DNA of 64,000 nucleotides from contig CAIPZZ010000030.1 of the NCBI GenBank assembly GCA_903869665.1, positions 12,857 to 76,856 on the forward strand, given 5' to 3'. Shown in pieces: positions 43,684 to 52,515 of this stretch; position 1 is the stretch's first letter, and each line of letters opens with the position of its first letter. Source of the DNA: an uncultured Opitutia bacterium. Lineage in GTDB: Bacteria > Verrucomicrobiota > Verrucomicrobiia > Opitutales > Opitutaceae. Below the pieces are notes generated by a model, which ran no database searches, was not told where the DNA came from, and saw nothing but the letters and a program-made list of their open reading frames with translations. The translations under genes and the position numbers were made by a program.

Positions 43684-44835
43684 ATGAGCGAAACCGCCAA
43701 CACCGAACCCGAGCCGGGCCTGCGCAAGTCCTTTTGGGAGCACATCGAGGATTTGCGCCGCGCCGTCATCCGTTCGGCTTGGGCCGTGGGGATCGCGCTA
43801 GTGCTCTGTCTCCTGCGGTCGGACCTGATCGTGGGCGTGCTCACGCAGCCGCTAAACTGGCTCGACTTTCTCGAAAAACCACAGCCGACGGTGACGTTTC
43901 ATGTGGGCCACACCAAGTTCGGCCCCTACATCGTGACCCGCGAAGAGTTCCCCGGCCTGCCGCCGCCGGAGCTAGGCGCGAAGGACGACGCGCCACACAT
44001 GAACTACCAGGTCGGCGTGCGGCCGGACGGCGACAGGCTGGTCGCCACCCTCACCCCGCTGCCGCCGCCCCAGCCGCATAAGCCCGACAGCAGCCTGCAG
44101 GTGCGTCTCAGCAACTTCAGCCCCCAAGAGGGCTTTTTGGTCTCGTTCAAGGTGAGCCTCTACGGCGCGCTCATCCTGTCCTCGCCGTTCTGGCTGTGGA
44201 ACATCATGGGCTTCGTCCTGCCGGCGCTGAACCGCCGGGAGCGGCAGGCCATCTTTCCTTGGCTGGCGTGGGCGATCGTCCTGTTCCTCGCGGGCGTGCT
44301 GCTGACGTATTTCTTCCTGCTGCCGCTGGCGTTGCGCGCCTCGGTGATGTATTCCAACTGGCTGGGCTTCGCCGGGGCCGACTGGCGCGCGCAGGAATAC
44401 ATCGCGTTCACGAGCAAGTTTCTGCTCGGCATGGGGCTCGGCTTCCAGTTCCCCGTCGTGGTGTTGTTCTTGGTGAAGATCGGCGTGCTGACCCACCACG
44501 ATCTCAGCAAATACCGCCGTCACGTCATCATCCTCAATTTCATCCTCGGCGCGGTGCTGACCACGCCCGAGGTGCTCACCCAAGTCGCGATGGCGATTCC
44601 GCTCTGCCTGCTCTACGAGGCTTGCATCTGGATCGCGTGGTATTGGGACTGGAAGCAGCGCAGCGGGGAAAAGGCCGCCGCCCGACTCCGCCTGCGGCTG
44701 CTCCTGCTCGCCCTACTGCTCCTCACGGCCTGCGGTTGGGTTCGCTGGGACGCCACGCAGCACCGCAACGCGGACGGCCGCCCGACCTATTTCTGGAGCC
44801 GATTGAAACCAGATTCCCCCACCCCACCCCCATGA
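43684..44835 (+). CDS. tatC: twin-arginine translocase subunit TatC (enlarged)
   Basis: ATG 43684; TatC hallmarks (FWEHIEDLRRAVIRS, PQEGFLVSFKVSLYGALILSSPFWLWNIMGFVLPAL, GFQFPVVV) with an extra ~95 aa after TM1 and a C-terminal hydrophobic extension. Confidence 0.86.
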   Translation: MSETANTEPEPGLRKSFWEHIEDLRRAVIRSAWAVGIALVLCLLRSDLIVGVLTQPLNWLDFLEKPQPTVTFHVGHTKFGPYIVTREEFPGLPPPELGAKDDAPHMNYQVGVRPDGDRLVATLTPLPPPQPHKPDSSLQVRLSNFSPQEGFLVSFKVSLYGALILSSPFWLWNIMGFVLPALNRRERQAIFPWLAWAIVLFLAGVLLTYFFLLPLALRASVMYSNWLGFAGADWRAQEYIAFTSKFLLGMGLGFQFPVVVLFLVKIGVLTHHDLSKYRRHVIILNFILGAVLTTPEVLTQVAMAIPLCLLYEACIWIAWYWDWKQRSGEKAAARLRLRLLLLALLLLTACGWVRWDATQHRNADGRPTYFWSRLKPDSPTPPP

Positions 44836-46277
44836 GCGACCCCGCCGTCCCCTTCGAAATCGCCGAGTTCGAGCGCCTGCTCCGCAAGCCCAATGGCGAC
44901 CCCGCCGGCCTCGCCGGTTTCTTCAACGCCGGCGAGATCGTCGTCTCCCGCGTGCCGGCCCGGCTCGACGTGATGGGCGGCATCGCCGACTACTCCGGCG
45001 CCAACGTCTGCGAGGCCGTGCTCGGCCGCGGCACCCTGATCGCCCTCCAGCCGCGCACCGACCGCACGCTCCGCATCCGCACCATGCAGACCGGCCGGCC
45101 CAGCCTGCCCATTGAGACGCGCATCCCGCTCGACGCGTTTTTCCAAGGCGAGGATCTCGTGTCCTACCGCGAGGTGCGCGAGCTTTGCCAGGCCAACCCG
45201 CTCGCCGGCTGGGCGGCCTATGTGGGCGGCAGCATCTTCACCCTGCTCAAGGAGGAAGGCGTGCGGATGCCCTACGGTTTCAGCCTGCTGCTCCTCAGCG
45301 CGGTGCCGATGAACGTCGGCATCGGCAGCTCCGCCGCCACTGAGGTCGCGGTGCTGTCGGGCGTCGCGTCGCACCTCGGGCTCGCGCTCGACGGCGGCCG
45401 GCTCGCGCAGCTCGGCCAGATGGCGGAAAACCATGTCGTCGGCGCGCCCTGCGGCATCATGGACCAGATCGCGGTCACCCTCGGCCGCGAGGGCCGGCTC
45501 ACGCACATCCTCTGCCGTCCCGGCGCGGTCATGGGCGAGGTCGCCATTCCGCCCGGCACCGGCTTCGTCGGTATCAACTCCCTTGTCCGCCACTCCGTCG
45601 CCGGCAATCCCTACGCGGACACGCGCATTGGCGCGTTCATGGGCAAACGCATCATCAACGGCCTCCGCGCCAAGTCGGGCCGCGCGGCCCTCGCCTACCT
45701 CACCGAGCTCACGCCCGAGGAGTTTGCCCGCGACGTCCGGCCGCACCTGCCGGACAAAATCCTCGGCGCGGATTTCCTCGCGCAGCACAAGACCCACGAC
45801 GACCCGGTCACCACCATCCAGCCCGGGGCGACCTACCGCGTGGCCGGCCCGACCGAGCACCCCGTGCGCGAGAACGACCGCGTGCTCCGTTTCATGGACG
45901 CGCTCCGCGCCGGCGCGAACGGCGACGAGGGCATCCTCGCCGCGGCCGGCGAGCTCATGTTCGCCGCGCACGCCAGCTACCGTGACAACTGCGACCTTTC
46001 CGTGCCCGAGGTGGACTTTCTCGTCGAGGCCGTGCGCGCGCGCGGCCCGTCGCGCGGCCTCTATGGGGCCAAAATCACTGGCGGGGGCACCGGCGGCACT
46101 GTCGCGGTGTTCGGTCGGCTCGACGCGCTGCGCGAGCACATTCCCCAGATCGCCCAGGAGTATTCGCAGCGCATCGGCCGGATGCCGGACATCTTCGAGG
46201 GCACCTCACCGGGCGCGCTCGAGTTCGGCGCGCGGCGCTACCACTTCGGCGCGAGCGGCTGGCAGCTCGCGCCCTAA
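44832..46277 (+). CDS. GHMP-family sugar kinase (galactokinase/arabinokinase-like)
   Basis: ATG 44832 overlapping tatC stop (ATGA); ARLDVMGGIADYSGA, GHMP motif VPMNVGIGSSAATEVA, C-terminal GAKITGGGTGGTV. Confidence 0.84.
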   Translation: MSDPAVPFEIAEFERLLRKPNGDPAGLAGFFNAGEIVVSRVPARLDVMGGIADYSGANVCEAVLGRGTLIALQPRTDRTLRIRTMQTGRPSLPIETRIPLDAFFQGEDLVSYREVRELCQANPLAGWAAYVGGSIFTLLKEEGVRMPYGFSLLLLSAVPMNVGIGSSAATEVAVLSGVASHLGLALDGGRLAQLGQMAENHVVGAPCGIMDQIAVTLGREGRLTHILCRPGAVMGEVAIPPGTGFVGINSLVRHSVAGNPYADTRIGAFMGKRIINGLRAKSGRAALAYLTELTPEEFARDVRPHLPDKILGADFLAQHKTHDDPVTTIQPGATYRVAGPTEHPVRENDRVLRFMDALRAGANGDEGILAAAGELMFAAHASYRDNCDLSVPEVDFLVEAVRARGPSRGLYGAKITGGGTGGTVAVFGRLDALREHIPQIAQEYSQRIGRMPDIFEGTSPGALEFGARRYHFGASGWQLAP

Positions 46278-46294
46278 CGCCCAAACGCTGAGAA

Positions 46295-46449
46295 CCACGG
46301 ATTGCACGGATACACACGGATTGAATTCAGAAACCATGAAACCGCGAAACGAACCGCTGACCGCCATTTTTTACGGATTCTGGCTTCTAAATTCCACCGA
46401 CTGCCGTTTTCAAATTCAAACTATCCGTGCTCATCCGTGTGATCCGTGG
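46295..46449. repeat. split stuttered hairpin (CACGGAT family)
   Basis: CCACGGATTGCACGGATACACACGGATT (46295-46322) and CTATCCGTGCTCATCCGTGTGATCCGTGG (46421-46449) are reverse complements separated by a 98-nt AT-rich spacer. Confidence 0.85.
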
Positions 46450-46460
46450 TAAAACATAAA

Positions 46461-47351
46461 ATGTCCCGCATTCGCAAAGCCGTCATACCCGCCGCCGGCC
46501 TCGGCACGCGGCTCTTTCCCGCCTCGCACGCGGTGATGAAGGAACTGTTCCCCGTCGTCGGTCCTGACGGCGTCGCACGCGCGTTGCTGCATTACCATCT
46601 CATCGCGCTGGAGGCCGCCGGCATCGGCGAAATCTGCGTCATCGTCCAGCCCGGCGACGACGCAACCATCCGCCGTTATTTCGCCGGCCCCGACGACGCC
46701 TACCTGAAGCGCCTTAAAAAAAACCCCCACCTGCTCGAAGAGGCGCGGCGCATGGCCACGTGGGCCGAGCGGCTGTGTTTTTGCGTGCAGACCAGCCAGG
46801 AAGGCTTCGGCCACGCGGTGTTTCAGACGCGCGATTTCGCCGCCGGCGAACCCGTGCTGCTCTGCCTCGGCGACCATCTGTTTCGCGGCACGCCCGACTC
46901 GCCGCACCGCGCGCTGGTGGATGCCGCCGAGGCCGGCGGCGGCAAAACCGTCTCCGCCGTCAACCGCATCGGCCCGGCCGACCTGCGCGGCTTCGGCACT
47001 ATCGCCGGCCGCCGCCGCGCGGCGCGGCCCGAGCTGATTGACGTGGACCTGATCATCGAGAAGCCCGACGAGGCCACCGCGCGCGCGCGGCTGCGGGTGG
47101 ACGGCCTCGGCCCCGATGAGTTTCTTGGCTGGTTCGGGATGCACGCGCTCGCCCCCTCCATCTACGACGTGCTGGCGAAAATGATCCGCGACAACGTGCG
47201 CGACGGCGGCGAGTTTCAGCTCACCCGCGCGCAGGAGCTGCAACGCCAGGCCGAAGGCTATCTCGCGCTGGAGCTCACGCGCGCGCGCCGCTTCGATTTC
47301 GGCCAGCCCGACGACTACGCCCGCGCCGTGGCGGAGTTCCGCTGCGGCTAA
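46461..47351 (+). CDS. sugar-1-phosphate nucleotidyltransferase (UTP-glucose-1-phosphate uridylyltransferase-like)
   Basis: ATG 46461; KAVIPAAGLGTRLFPASHAVMKELFPV nucleotidyltransferase signature. Confidence 0.84.
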   Translation: MSRIRKAVIPAAGLGTRLFPASHAVMKELFPVVGPDGVARALLHYHLIALEAAGIGEICVIVQPGDDATIRRYFAGPDDAYLKRLKKNPHLLEEARRMATWAERLCFCVQTSQEGFGHAVFQTRDFAAGEPVLLCLGDHLFRGTPDSPHRALVDAAEAGGGKTVSAVNRIGPADLRGFGTIAGRRRAARPELIDVDLIIEKPDEATARARLRVDGLGPDEFLGWFGMHALAPSIYDVLAKMIRDNVRDGGEFQLTRAQELQRQAEGYLALELTRARRFDFGQPDDYARAVAEFRCG

Positions 47352-47815
47352 AGCGAGACGAGCGCGGTCTTTTCGTCCTGCTCGATGGCGAGTTCGACGG
47401 CGTGCTGGGCTCGGGCCAGCAGCTCCTTTGCCTCGCGGCGGGCGGCGCGGGCGGCTTGTGCCGCCCGTTGGAATTCCACCTGCGTTTTTTCGTCAAGGAC
47501 CGGGATAAAGATTTTCGCCACATCTTTGGCGTAGAGGTGCTGCTGCCCGGTGGCCCCTGTGATGTAACGCTCGATCATCAACTGGCCGATCGGTGAGCGG
47601 AGAAAGGCGGCGACAAAATAAGGGTTGAGCACGTTTTGACGCAGCACGGTGACTTCACCAACCGTCCCGTGTGGCTCTGGCTTGTCGAACACCTGCACTT
47701 TGCCGATGGAGCCGAATCCTATTGAGGAAATGAGCACATCGCCGCGCTTGAGCGCAAAGAATGGCTCGCCGGGAGCCGCCTTCAGAAACCGCCCTTCGTT
47801 ATCAATGTCGCGCAG
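47348..47815 (-). pseudogene. type I restriction-modification specificity subunit (HsdS) fragment
   Basis: Last 155 codons of ORF 47348..48376 read as one target-recognition domain plus conserved coiled-coil tail (KRGDVLISSIGFGSIGKV, NPYFVAAFLRSPIGQLMIERYITGATGQQHLYAKDVAKIFIP). Upstream codons are the antisense shadow of another remnant. Confidence 0.6.
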
Positions 47816-47818
47816 ATC

Positions 47819-48052
47819 AAGCGCTACGACCAAATCCTGCACCACCCGATCTACCCAGAAAATTTCTCCAACGCCGGCGGCGTGCTCGACTTCTACGGGA
47901 GCGAGGCCGGCATCAAGGCGCTGTTCCCCGCCGGACTGACCAAGGCGAAGTTCACCTACCAGCTCTCCGACCACCTCCCGCTCTGGCTCCAGCTCAACAC
48001 CGACATCGAGGGCCGCCGGCTCGACAAGATCATCCAAGGCTGGCGCGTGTAG
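47819..48052 (+). pseudogene. endonuclease/exonuclease/phosphatase (EEP)-family C-terminal fragment
   Basis: Start-less frame reads KRYDQILHHPIYPENFSNAGGVLDFYGSEAGIKALFPAGLTKAKFTYQLSDHLPLWLQLNTD with the terminal SDH.P.W motif of EEP enzymes; stop at 48050-48052. Confidence 0.45.
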
Positions 48053-48176
48053 GGCGTGGCCCGACAAAAATATTCTCCGTTCCCGTGATGGTCTGCGGTT
48101 GACCGGGCGGCGCGAAAGGGCGGACATGGTGGCCGGCAGAGAGAGAAATCCCCGCCCACCCCAACCCCACCAAAAA

Positions 48177-49241
48177 ATGAAAGCTCCGCGCGCCCTGACG
48201 TGCCTGTTGCTTTGCTTTTCCGCCACCTTCCCGGCCGGACAGGTTAAGGCCGCGCCGGAAACAGACGCCCGGCTCGCCGCGATGGCTGCGGCGGCGGAGC
48301 GAGGGGTAGAGGATTTTGTCGCCGCCGCGCGCTCGGCCGGCTGGCGGGCGCCGGTGATACCATCGCGCTGGCACATTGAGCGCGTGTCCGCCCCGGCGGG
48401 CCGGCCGGCAGCGCACGCGGCGCGCGGGGTGGGCGCGGCGCTGGCGCGACGGCTGGCGGAGACCGCGCCGCGGATGCGCTCGCTGCCGGCGGACGACTCG
48501 CTGCTGCGCCCCTGCGCCGCGCTGTGCGAGCTGGCCGAGTGGTGCGCGGCAGCCGAGGGCTACGGCAATGTCCTACTCGCGCAGCGCGCGCTCGACCTCG
48601 CGGCGGTGGGCGTGGCGCGGCTGGCGGCAGAGGAAAAGTTTCCGCTGGAAAAAATCCTCCCACTCGCGGCGCGGCTGCGGATGCCGTGGGCCGGCGCGAC
48701 GGCGCGGCGGCGCATCCTCAACGCCGAGGCCGGCGCGGAGCTGTTCGCCGCCGCCGACCAAGCCGAGCTGGAACGAACTTGGGCGGACGGCGCGCGCGGT
48801 GCCGGAGCGCACGCGGACTTTTTCCGAGACGAGCGGCCGGGACGCGGCGAGCCGGCGACGCTCGCGGCGACTTGGGAGCGCAAGTGGCATGAGAGACTGG
48901 TGGACGGGCTGGAGCTGCGCTCGGCCGCGTTGGCGCTGGCACTGGTGGAATTCCGGCGGGTGGCGGGTGGGTTTCCGCGCATTGCGGAACCGGCGAAGGC
49001 GGGCGGCAGCGGCGCGGGCGGGGCGTTTCAACTGGTGCTGCCGGCCCGCGCGGAGCCGGCCGGGCAGCGGGCGTTCCAAGCGGCGTGGACGCGCGCGCAG
49101 CAAAACGCGGCCGCGCCGACCGCCGCCGGCCCACCTGCCTCCGACCTTCGTGTGCCCAACGCGGCATGGACGGCGTTCGACGCGGTGCGGCAGGGCGAGT
49201 TCGCCGATCAAGAGTCGCGCGGCGCGCCGGCAATGCCTTAA
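48177..49241 (+). CDS. hypothetical secreted Ala-rich protein
   Basis: ATG 48177 gives signal peptide MKAPRALTCLLLCFSATFPAGQVKA; no family recognised. Confidence 0.45.
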   Translation: MKAPRALTCLLLCFSATFPAGQVKAAPETDARLAAMAAAAERGVEDFVAAARSAGWRAPVIPSRWHIERVSAPAGRPAAHAARGVGAALARRLAETAPRMRSLPADDSLLRPCAALCELAEWCAAAEGYGNVLLAQRALDLAAVGVARLAAEEKFPLEKILPLAARLRMPWAGATARRRILNAEAGAELFAAADQAELERTWADGARGAGAHADFFRDERPGRGEPATLAATWERKWHERLVDGLELRSAALALALVEFRRVAGGFPRIAEPAKAGGSGAGGAFQLVLPARAEPAGQRAFQAAWTRAQQNAAAPTAAGPPASDLRVPNAAWTAFDAVRQGEFADQESRGAPAMP

Positions 49242-49266
49242 GGGCGGCGTGTGGTGCGAAAGTCGT

Positions 49267-50181
49267 TCAGCGGTCAAAAACCAGTCCGACGGCAAAGCTC
49301 GTGGAGGGATAATGTAGTCCGTCCCACCATGTCACGCCGTGGTGAATGCCAAGATACAGTGTGGTGCCACGCGCAAGAACGCTGTAAAAATCCAATCCGA
49401 TGCTGCGCTCCTTGACATCCGCCCGGTAGGCGTCGAACGGGCGGTCGAATAGTGCCACCGGCCGACTTGGCCTTGTGCTGAAAGGCGTGGTCGTGGCGCG
49501 GGAGACATCCGCATAGGTCAGCTCGTCGCCCCAATGCTGGACGCCCGTGAGCGAAAAACGGCTGCGCGGGCCGCTGATAATCATGAGGCCGGCTCCCAGC
49601 TCGCGGCCTGTGTCCGAAAAAAATTCGTCCCGCGCGTCGAGCCGATAAAAATTGAGGAAGAGGGAGCCGAATATTTTCGGTGTGATAGGCTGATCAAGCG
49701 TGATTCCGGCCTGACTGCGCCAACCGCCAAGCATAGTCGTGCGCACCAATTCAACGCCGCCGCTAGCTTGAAAATTCAGCGAAGGGGCATCGGTCGCGGA
49801 GCCAAGTTTTCGCTCGATAGTGAGACGAGCCTGCAAGTTGGTGTTGTCCAGACCGGTGAATTGCCGCCACGACTGCGTATGGGCGTCCAAGCTGAAATAG
49901 AAACTCCAAGGATGATCCGTGAATGCGGCTCGATTAAAATCAAACGCCATAATTCCAAGATTGGCAGCCGTATCGGACCGCCGATCAGAGGAAAATGCGG
50001 CTCTTGATAGGTTGCTGACGTGCAACACGTCGGCCTGTAACGAGAAAAAGCTCCTGCTCGACCGCGGAATGGCGACCATTTCTTTTGCTCGTGATACGGA
50101 CGTAGCCAAGCAAAGCCCGGCAAACACACTGGCTAAGATCAGTCGGAGCCTAATGGGGAGGGGGAAGGCGCGCAATTTCAT
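49267..50181 (-). CDS. hypothetical outer-membrane beta-barrel-like protein
   Basis: Signal peptide; alternating hydrophobic pattern with aromatic-rich strands to the C-terminus (SFAVGLVFDR); lower GC than flanks. Confidence 0.48.
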   Translation of the reverse strand: MKLRAFPLPIRLRLILASVFAGLCLATSVSRAKEMVAIPRSSRSFFSLQADVLHVSNLSRAAFSSDRRSDTAANLGIMAFDFNRAAFTDHPWSFYFSLDAHTQSWRQFTGLDNTNLQARLTIERKLGSATDAPSLNFQASGGVELVRTTMLGGWRSQAGITLDQPITPKIFGSLFLNFYRLDARDEFFSDTGRELGAGLMIISGPRSRFSLTGVQHWGDELTYADVSRATTTPFSTRPSRPVALFDRPFDAYRADVKERSIGLDFYSVLARGTTLYLGIHHGVTWWDGLHYPSTSFAVGLVFDR

Positions 50182-50434
50182 GGTGGGATAAAGTTTGGCG
50201 ATCGCACAGGAAAGGTCGTTTCCGTGGTTCTTAGTTACGGGTAGAGAAAGTGCCGAAACAAAAATCTTTGCCGTCAGCGAGCGGTCTTCTTCTGCCCCGG
50301 CTGGCCAGCGCGCCAGACCGACTCAGGCCAATAGCCCCTTGTCCGGCCAAGTCAGGCCAGCGAAATTCCGGCTCGACAGCGCGACAGGCGGGCCGCACTT
50401 TGCCCTCCCACCATATCCAAATCATCCAAACACC

Positions 50435-50536
50435 ATGGGCAATCTCAAGAAGAAGCGGCGTCTCCAGATGAACAAGCACAAGCGCCGGAAGCGGCTCAAA
50501 GCCAATCGCCACAAAAAGCGCACGTGGCAGAAGTGA
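50435..50536 (+). CDS. bS22-like ribosomal micro-protein (AURKAIP1/COX24-type basic peptide)
   Basis: 33-aa [33 protein letters not shown] closely follows the pattern of mycobacterial bS22 (MGS.IKKRRKRM.KKKHRKLL..TR.QRR). Confidence 0.65.
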   Translation: MGNLKKKRRLQMNKHKRRKRLKANRHKKRTWQK

Positions 50537-50822
50537 CGTGCGTCGCCGGGACGACCCCGCGCGATGCTGCGCCGTGGGCTTGAACGGATGCTCTAGGGAG
50601 TGCGGATTGCCCACGTCTGAATCGCGCCGAAAGCAGGCGCAGAGTCCGATGTGGCGACTTGTGTGTTTGCGCTGTAGGCCTAAAAAGCCCAAGAAAAGCG
50701 CCGGCAACGGATGGTCTGTGCCGTCAGGTCTTCACACCAAAAGAGGCTTGTGTTGCCGGTAGGTTACCAAGACTTTCGCTTGGCCGGTGTCGTGCCGTGT
50801 CCCGCCACGCCGCCCTCCCTCC

Positions 50823-51869
50823 ATGTTTTTCGCTCCGAAGACCAAGTTTTTCCACGCCAGCTTCACCGAGCACAATGTGCTGCTCGCGCGCGTGTCGGCA
50901 GCAGGCCCTCCTCTGGTGATTGAGGACATCCGCGAGGTGGCGGCCGATGACACGGCCGGCCTGGCTGAGGCGATCAAGGCGCTCCAGCCCAAGAAGACCG
51001 GCAGCTACCTGCCGGTTATTTGTGGCATCCACCCACCGCGCCGCGTCGTGCGCAGGATGACACTGGAGCCTAAACGCCTAAGGGAGAATGGTTACCTCAA
51101 CGAGGCAGTATCTCTACAACTTCGCATTGATCCCGAGCAGCATACGCTCGCCCTGAACAATCCGCACGATGGCGCGGAATACGACCTCGCCCAAGCCACG
51201 CAAAAGGATGTCGTCGTCTGCGGTCTGCCCTCCGAGGATGTGCTCACGACTCAGGAAAAGTTGCTCGCCGCCGGACTTTATCCGGACCGACTGGAACTCG
51301 GCACACTGGCGACCATCGGCGCGCTGGCCGACTGTCTCTCCCTCGCCAAGGCCAAAGCACCCGTGCTCATGCTCGAGATCGGCGCGGACAGCACGCAGTC
51401 GTTCATTGTTTCGTCCGGCGGTCTGGAGGCCTCACGCGCCATCTCACAGGGGCTCGACGGCATGGTGCCCGTTGTGCAAAAGGAGCTCAACCTCAAGGAC
51501 GAAGAATCAGCCCGTAAATTACTTTTCTCCAACGCCTTCGACTTCACCGGTCTCGCGCCCCTGCTCACTCGCAAGCTGCTCAAGGAGCTTCAGTCCTCCA
51601 TCGGCTTCTATGAGGTGCAGACCGGGCAGTCGATCGGGCAGGTCGTGTGTCCGCTACTCCCGCCTAAGCTCGGTTGGCTGGAGGCGGCGGTCGCCTCGCA
51701 GCTCGCCGTCGGGGTGTTCCAACCCGACCTCGCTGCTTGGCTCGGGTCCCGCCAAATCACGCTGGCCGGGGGCGTAGCCGCCGCCGCGCAGAACCCGCTC
51801 CACCTCGGCCTTTTCGCCCTCATCGCCCAGTATCCCCGCCATGCCGCTGTTCCAGAAAAAGCCGCGTGA
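50823..51869 (+). CDS. PilM-like pilus/secretin assembly protein (actin-like fold)
   Basis: ATG 50823; VVVCGLPSEDVLTTQEKLLAAGLYPDRLELGTLA and LMLEIGADSTQSFIVSSGG...QKELNLKDEESARKL fit the PilM pattern. Confidence 0.72.
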   Translation: MFFAPKTKFFHASFTEHNVLLARVSAAGPPLVIEDIREVAADDTAGLAEAIKALQPKKTGSYLPVICGIHPPRRVVRRMTLEPKRLRENGYLNEAVSLQLRIDPEQHTLALNNPHDGAEYDLAQATQKDVVVCGLPSEDVLTTQEKLLAAGLYPDRLELGTLATIGALADCLSLAKAKAPVLMLEIGADSTQSFIVSSGGLEASRAISQGLDGMVPVVQKELNLKDEESARKLLFSNAFDFTGLAPLLTRKLLKELQSSIGFYEVQTGQSIGQVVCPLLPPKLGWLEAAVASQLAVGVFQPDLAAWLGSRQITLAGGVAAAAQNPLHLGLFALIAQYPRHAAVPEKAA

Positions 51870-52515
51870 CAAGAAGGCCGCGGCCCCCGCCGCGCCCGCC
51901 TGGCACCCTAACTTCCGCAACTTCGACCGGCTGCCCGACACGAAGACGGTTCGCACGTCGTTTTTCATTAACGTCGGCGCCGTCGGTCTTGTGCTCGTGC
52001 TGCTCGGCTGGACCATTTCCGGCGAGTTACGGTTGCACAGCCTCCGCTCCGAGACCGACGAACAAGTCACCAAGATCGAGAAAAACAAGCTTGGCAGCGA
52101 AAAGGCCGTGGCGCTCTACGGAAAGTTTCAGGAGGAGGAGAAAAAACTGCGCGAGCTGGAGCAATTCGCGCAGGGCGGGGTCGGCGGCGGCAAACTCGTG
52201 CTCTCTCACCTGCTGCTGCGGCTGGGCGAGCGCCTGCCACCCAAGATCGCGCTCAGCGGCATGGAGGCCAATCCCGCCGGCGTCATCCTCCGCGGCAGCG
52301 TGCGCGGCACCCTCGTCGAGGCCGCCGAGGACGTGGGCGACTATCGCAAGCAATTGAAGGACGACCCCGAGGTCGGCCCGATTTTTGAATCGATTCAAGT
52401 CAACAACCAGTCGCCAGACAGCGCCACCGGCCGGCTCGCCTTCGAGATCAGGCTGAAGTTCAAGGAGCCGCCCAAGCCCGCCCCGCCCAAGGAGAACCAG
52501 GAGGAGAAAAAATGA
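51841..52515 (+). CDS. PilN-like bitopic assembly protein
   Basis: Overlaps pilM end; short cytoplasmic N-terminus, one TM helix, coiled-coil and periplasmic ferredoxin-like region. Confidence 0.62.
   Translation: MPLFQKKPRDKKAAAPAAPAWHPNFRNFDRLPDTKTVRTSFFINVGAVGLVLVLLGWTISGELRLHSLRSETDEQVTKIEKNKLGSEKAVALYGKFQEEEKKLRELEQFAQGGVGGGKLVLSHLLLRLGERLPPKIALSGMEANPAGVILRGSVRGTLVEAAEDVGDYRKQLKDDPEVGPIFESIQVNNQSPDSATGRLAFEIRLKFKEPPKPAPPKENQEEKK

Noticed and set aside
48099-49317. Multiple overlapping Arg-rich ORFs on both strands around the 48177..49241 gene (48376..49317, 48573..49295 and others).
   Set aside because: Only the frame starting at ATG 48177 has a signal peptide and a non-degenerate composition. 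The others are GC-driven open frames.
50730-50775. GCCGTCAGGTCTTCACACC in the bS22-pilM spacer resembles the GUCAGGUCC start of the SRP RNA domain IV motif.
   Set aside because: The following GGAAGGAAGCAGC consensus and the complementary 5-prime strand are absent. No tRNA, rRNA, RNase P or tmRNA hallmark was found anywhere in the window.
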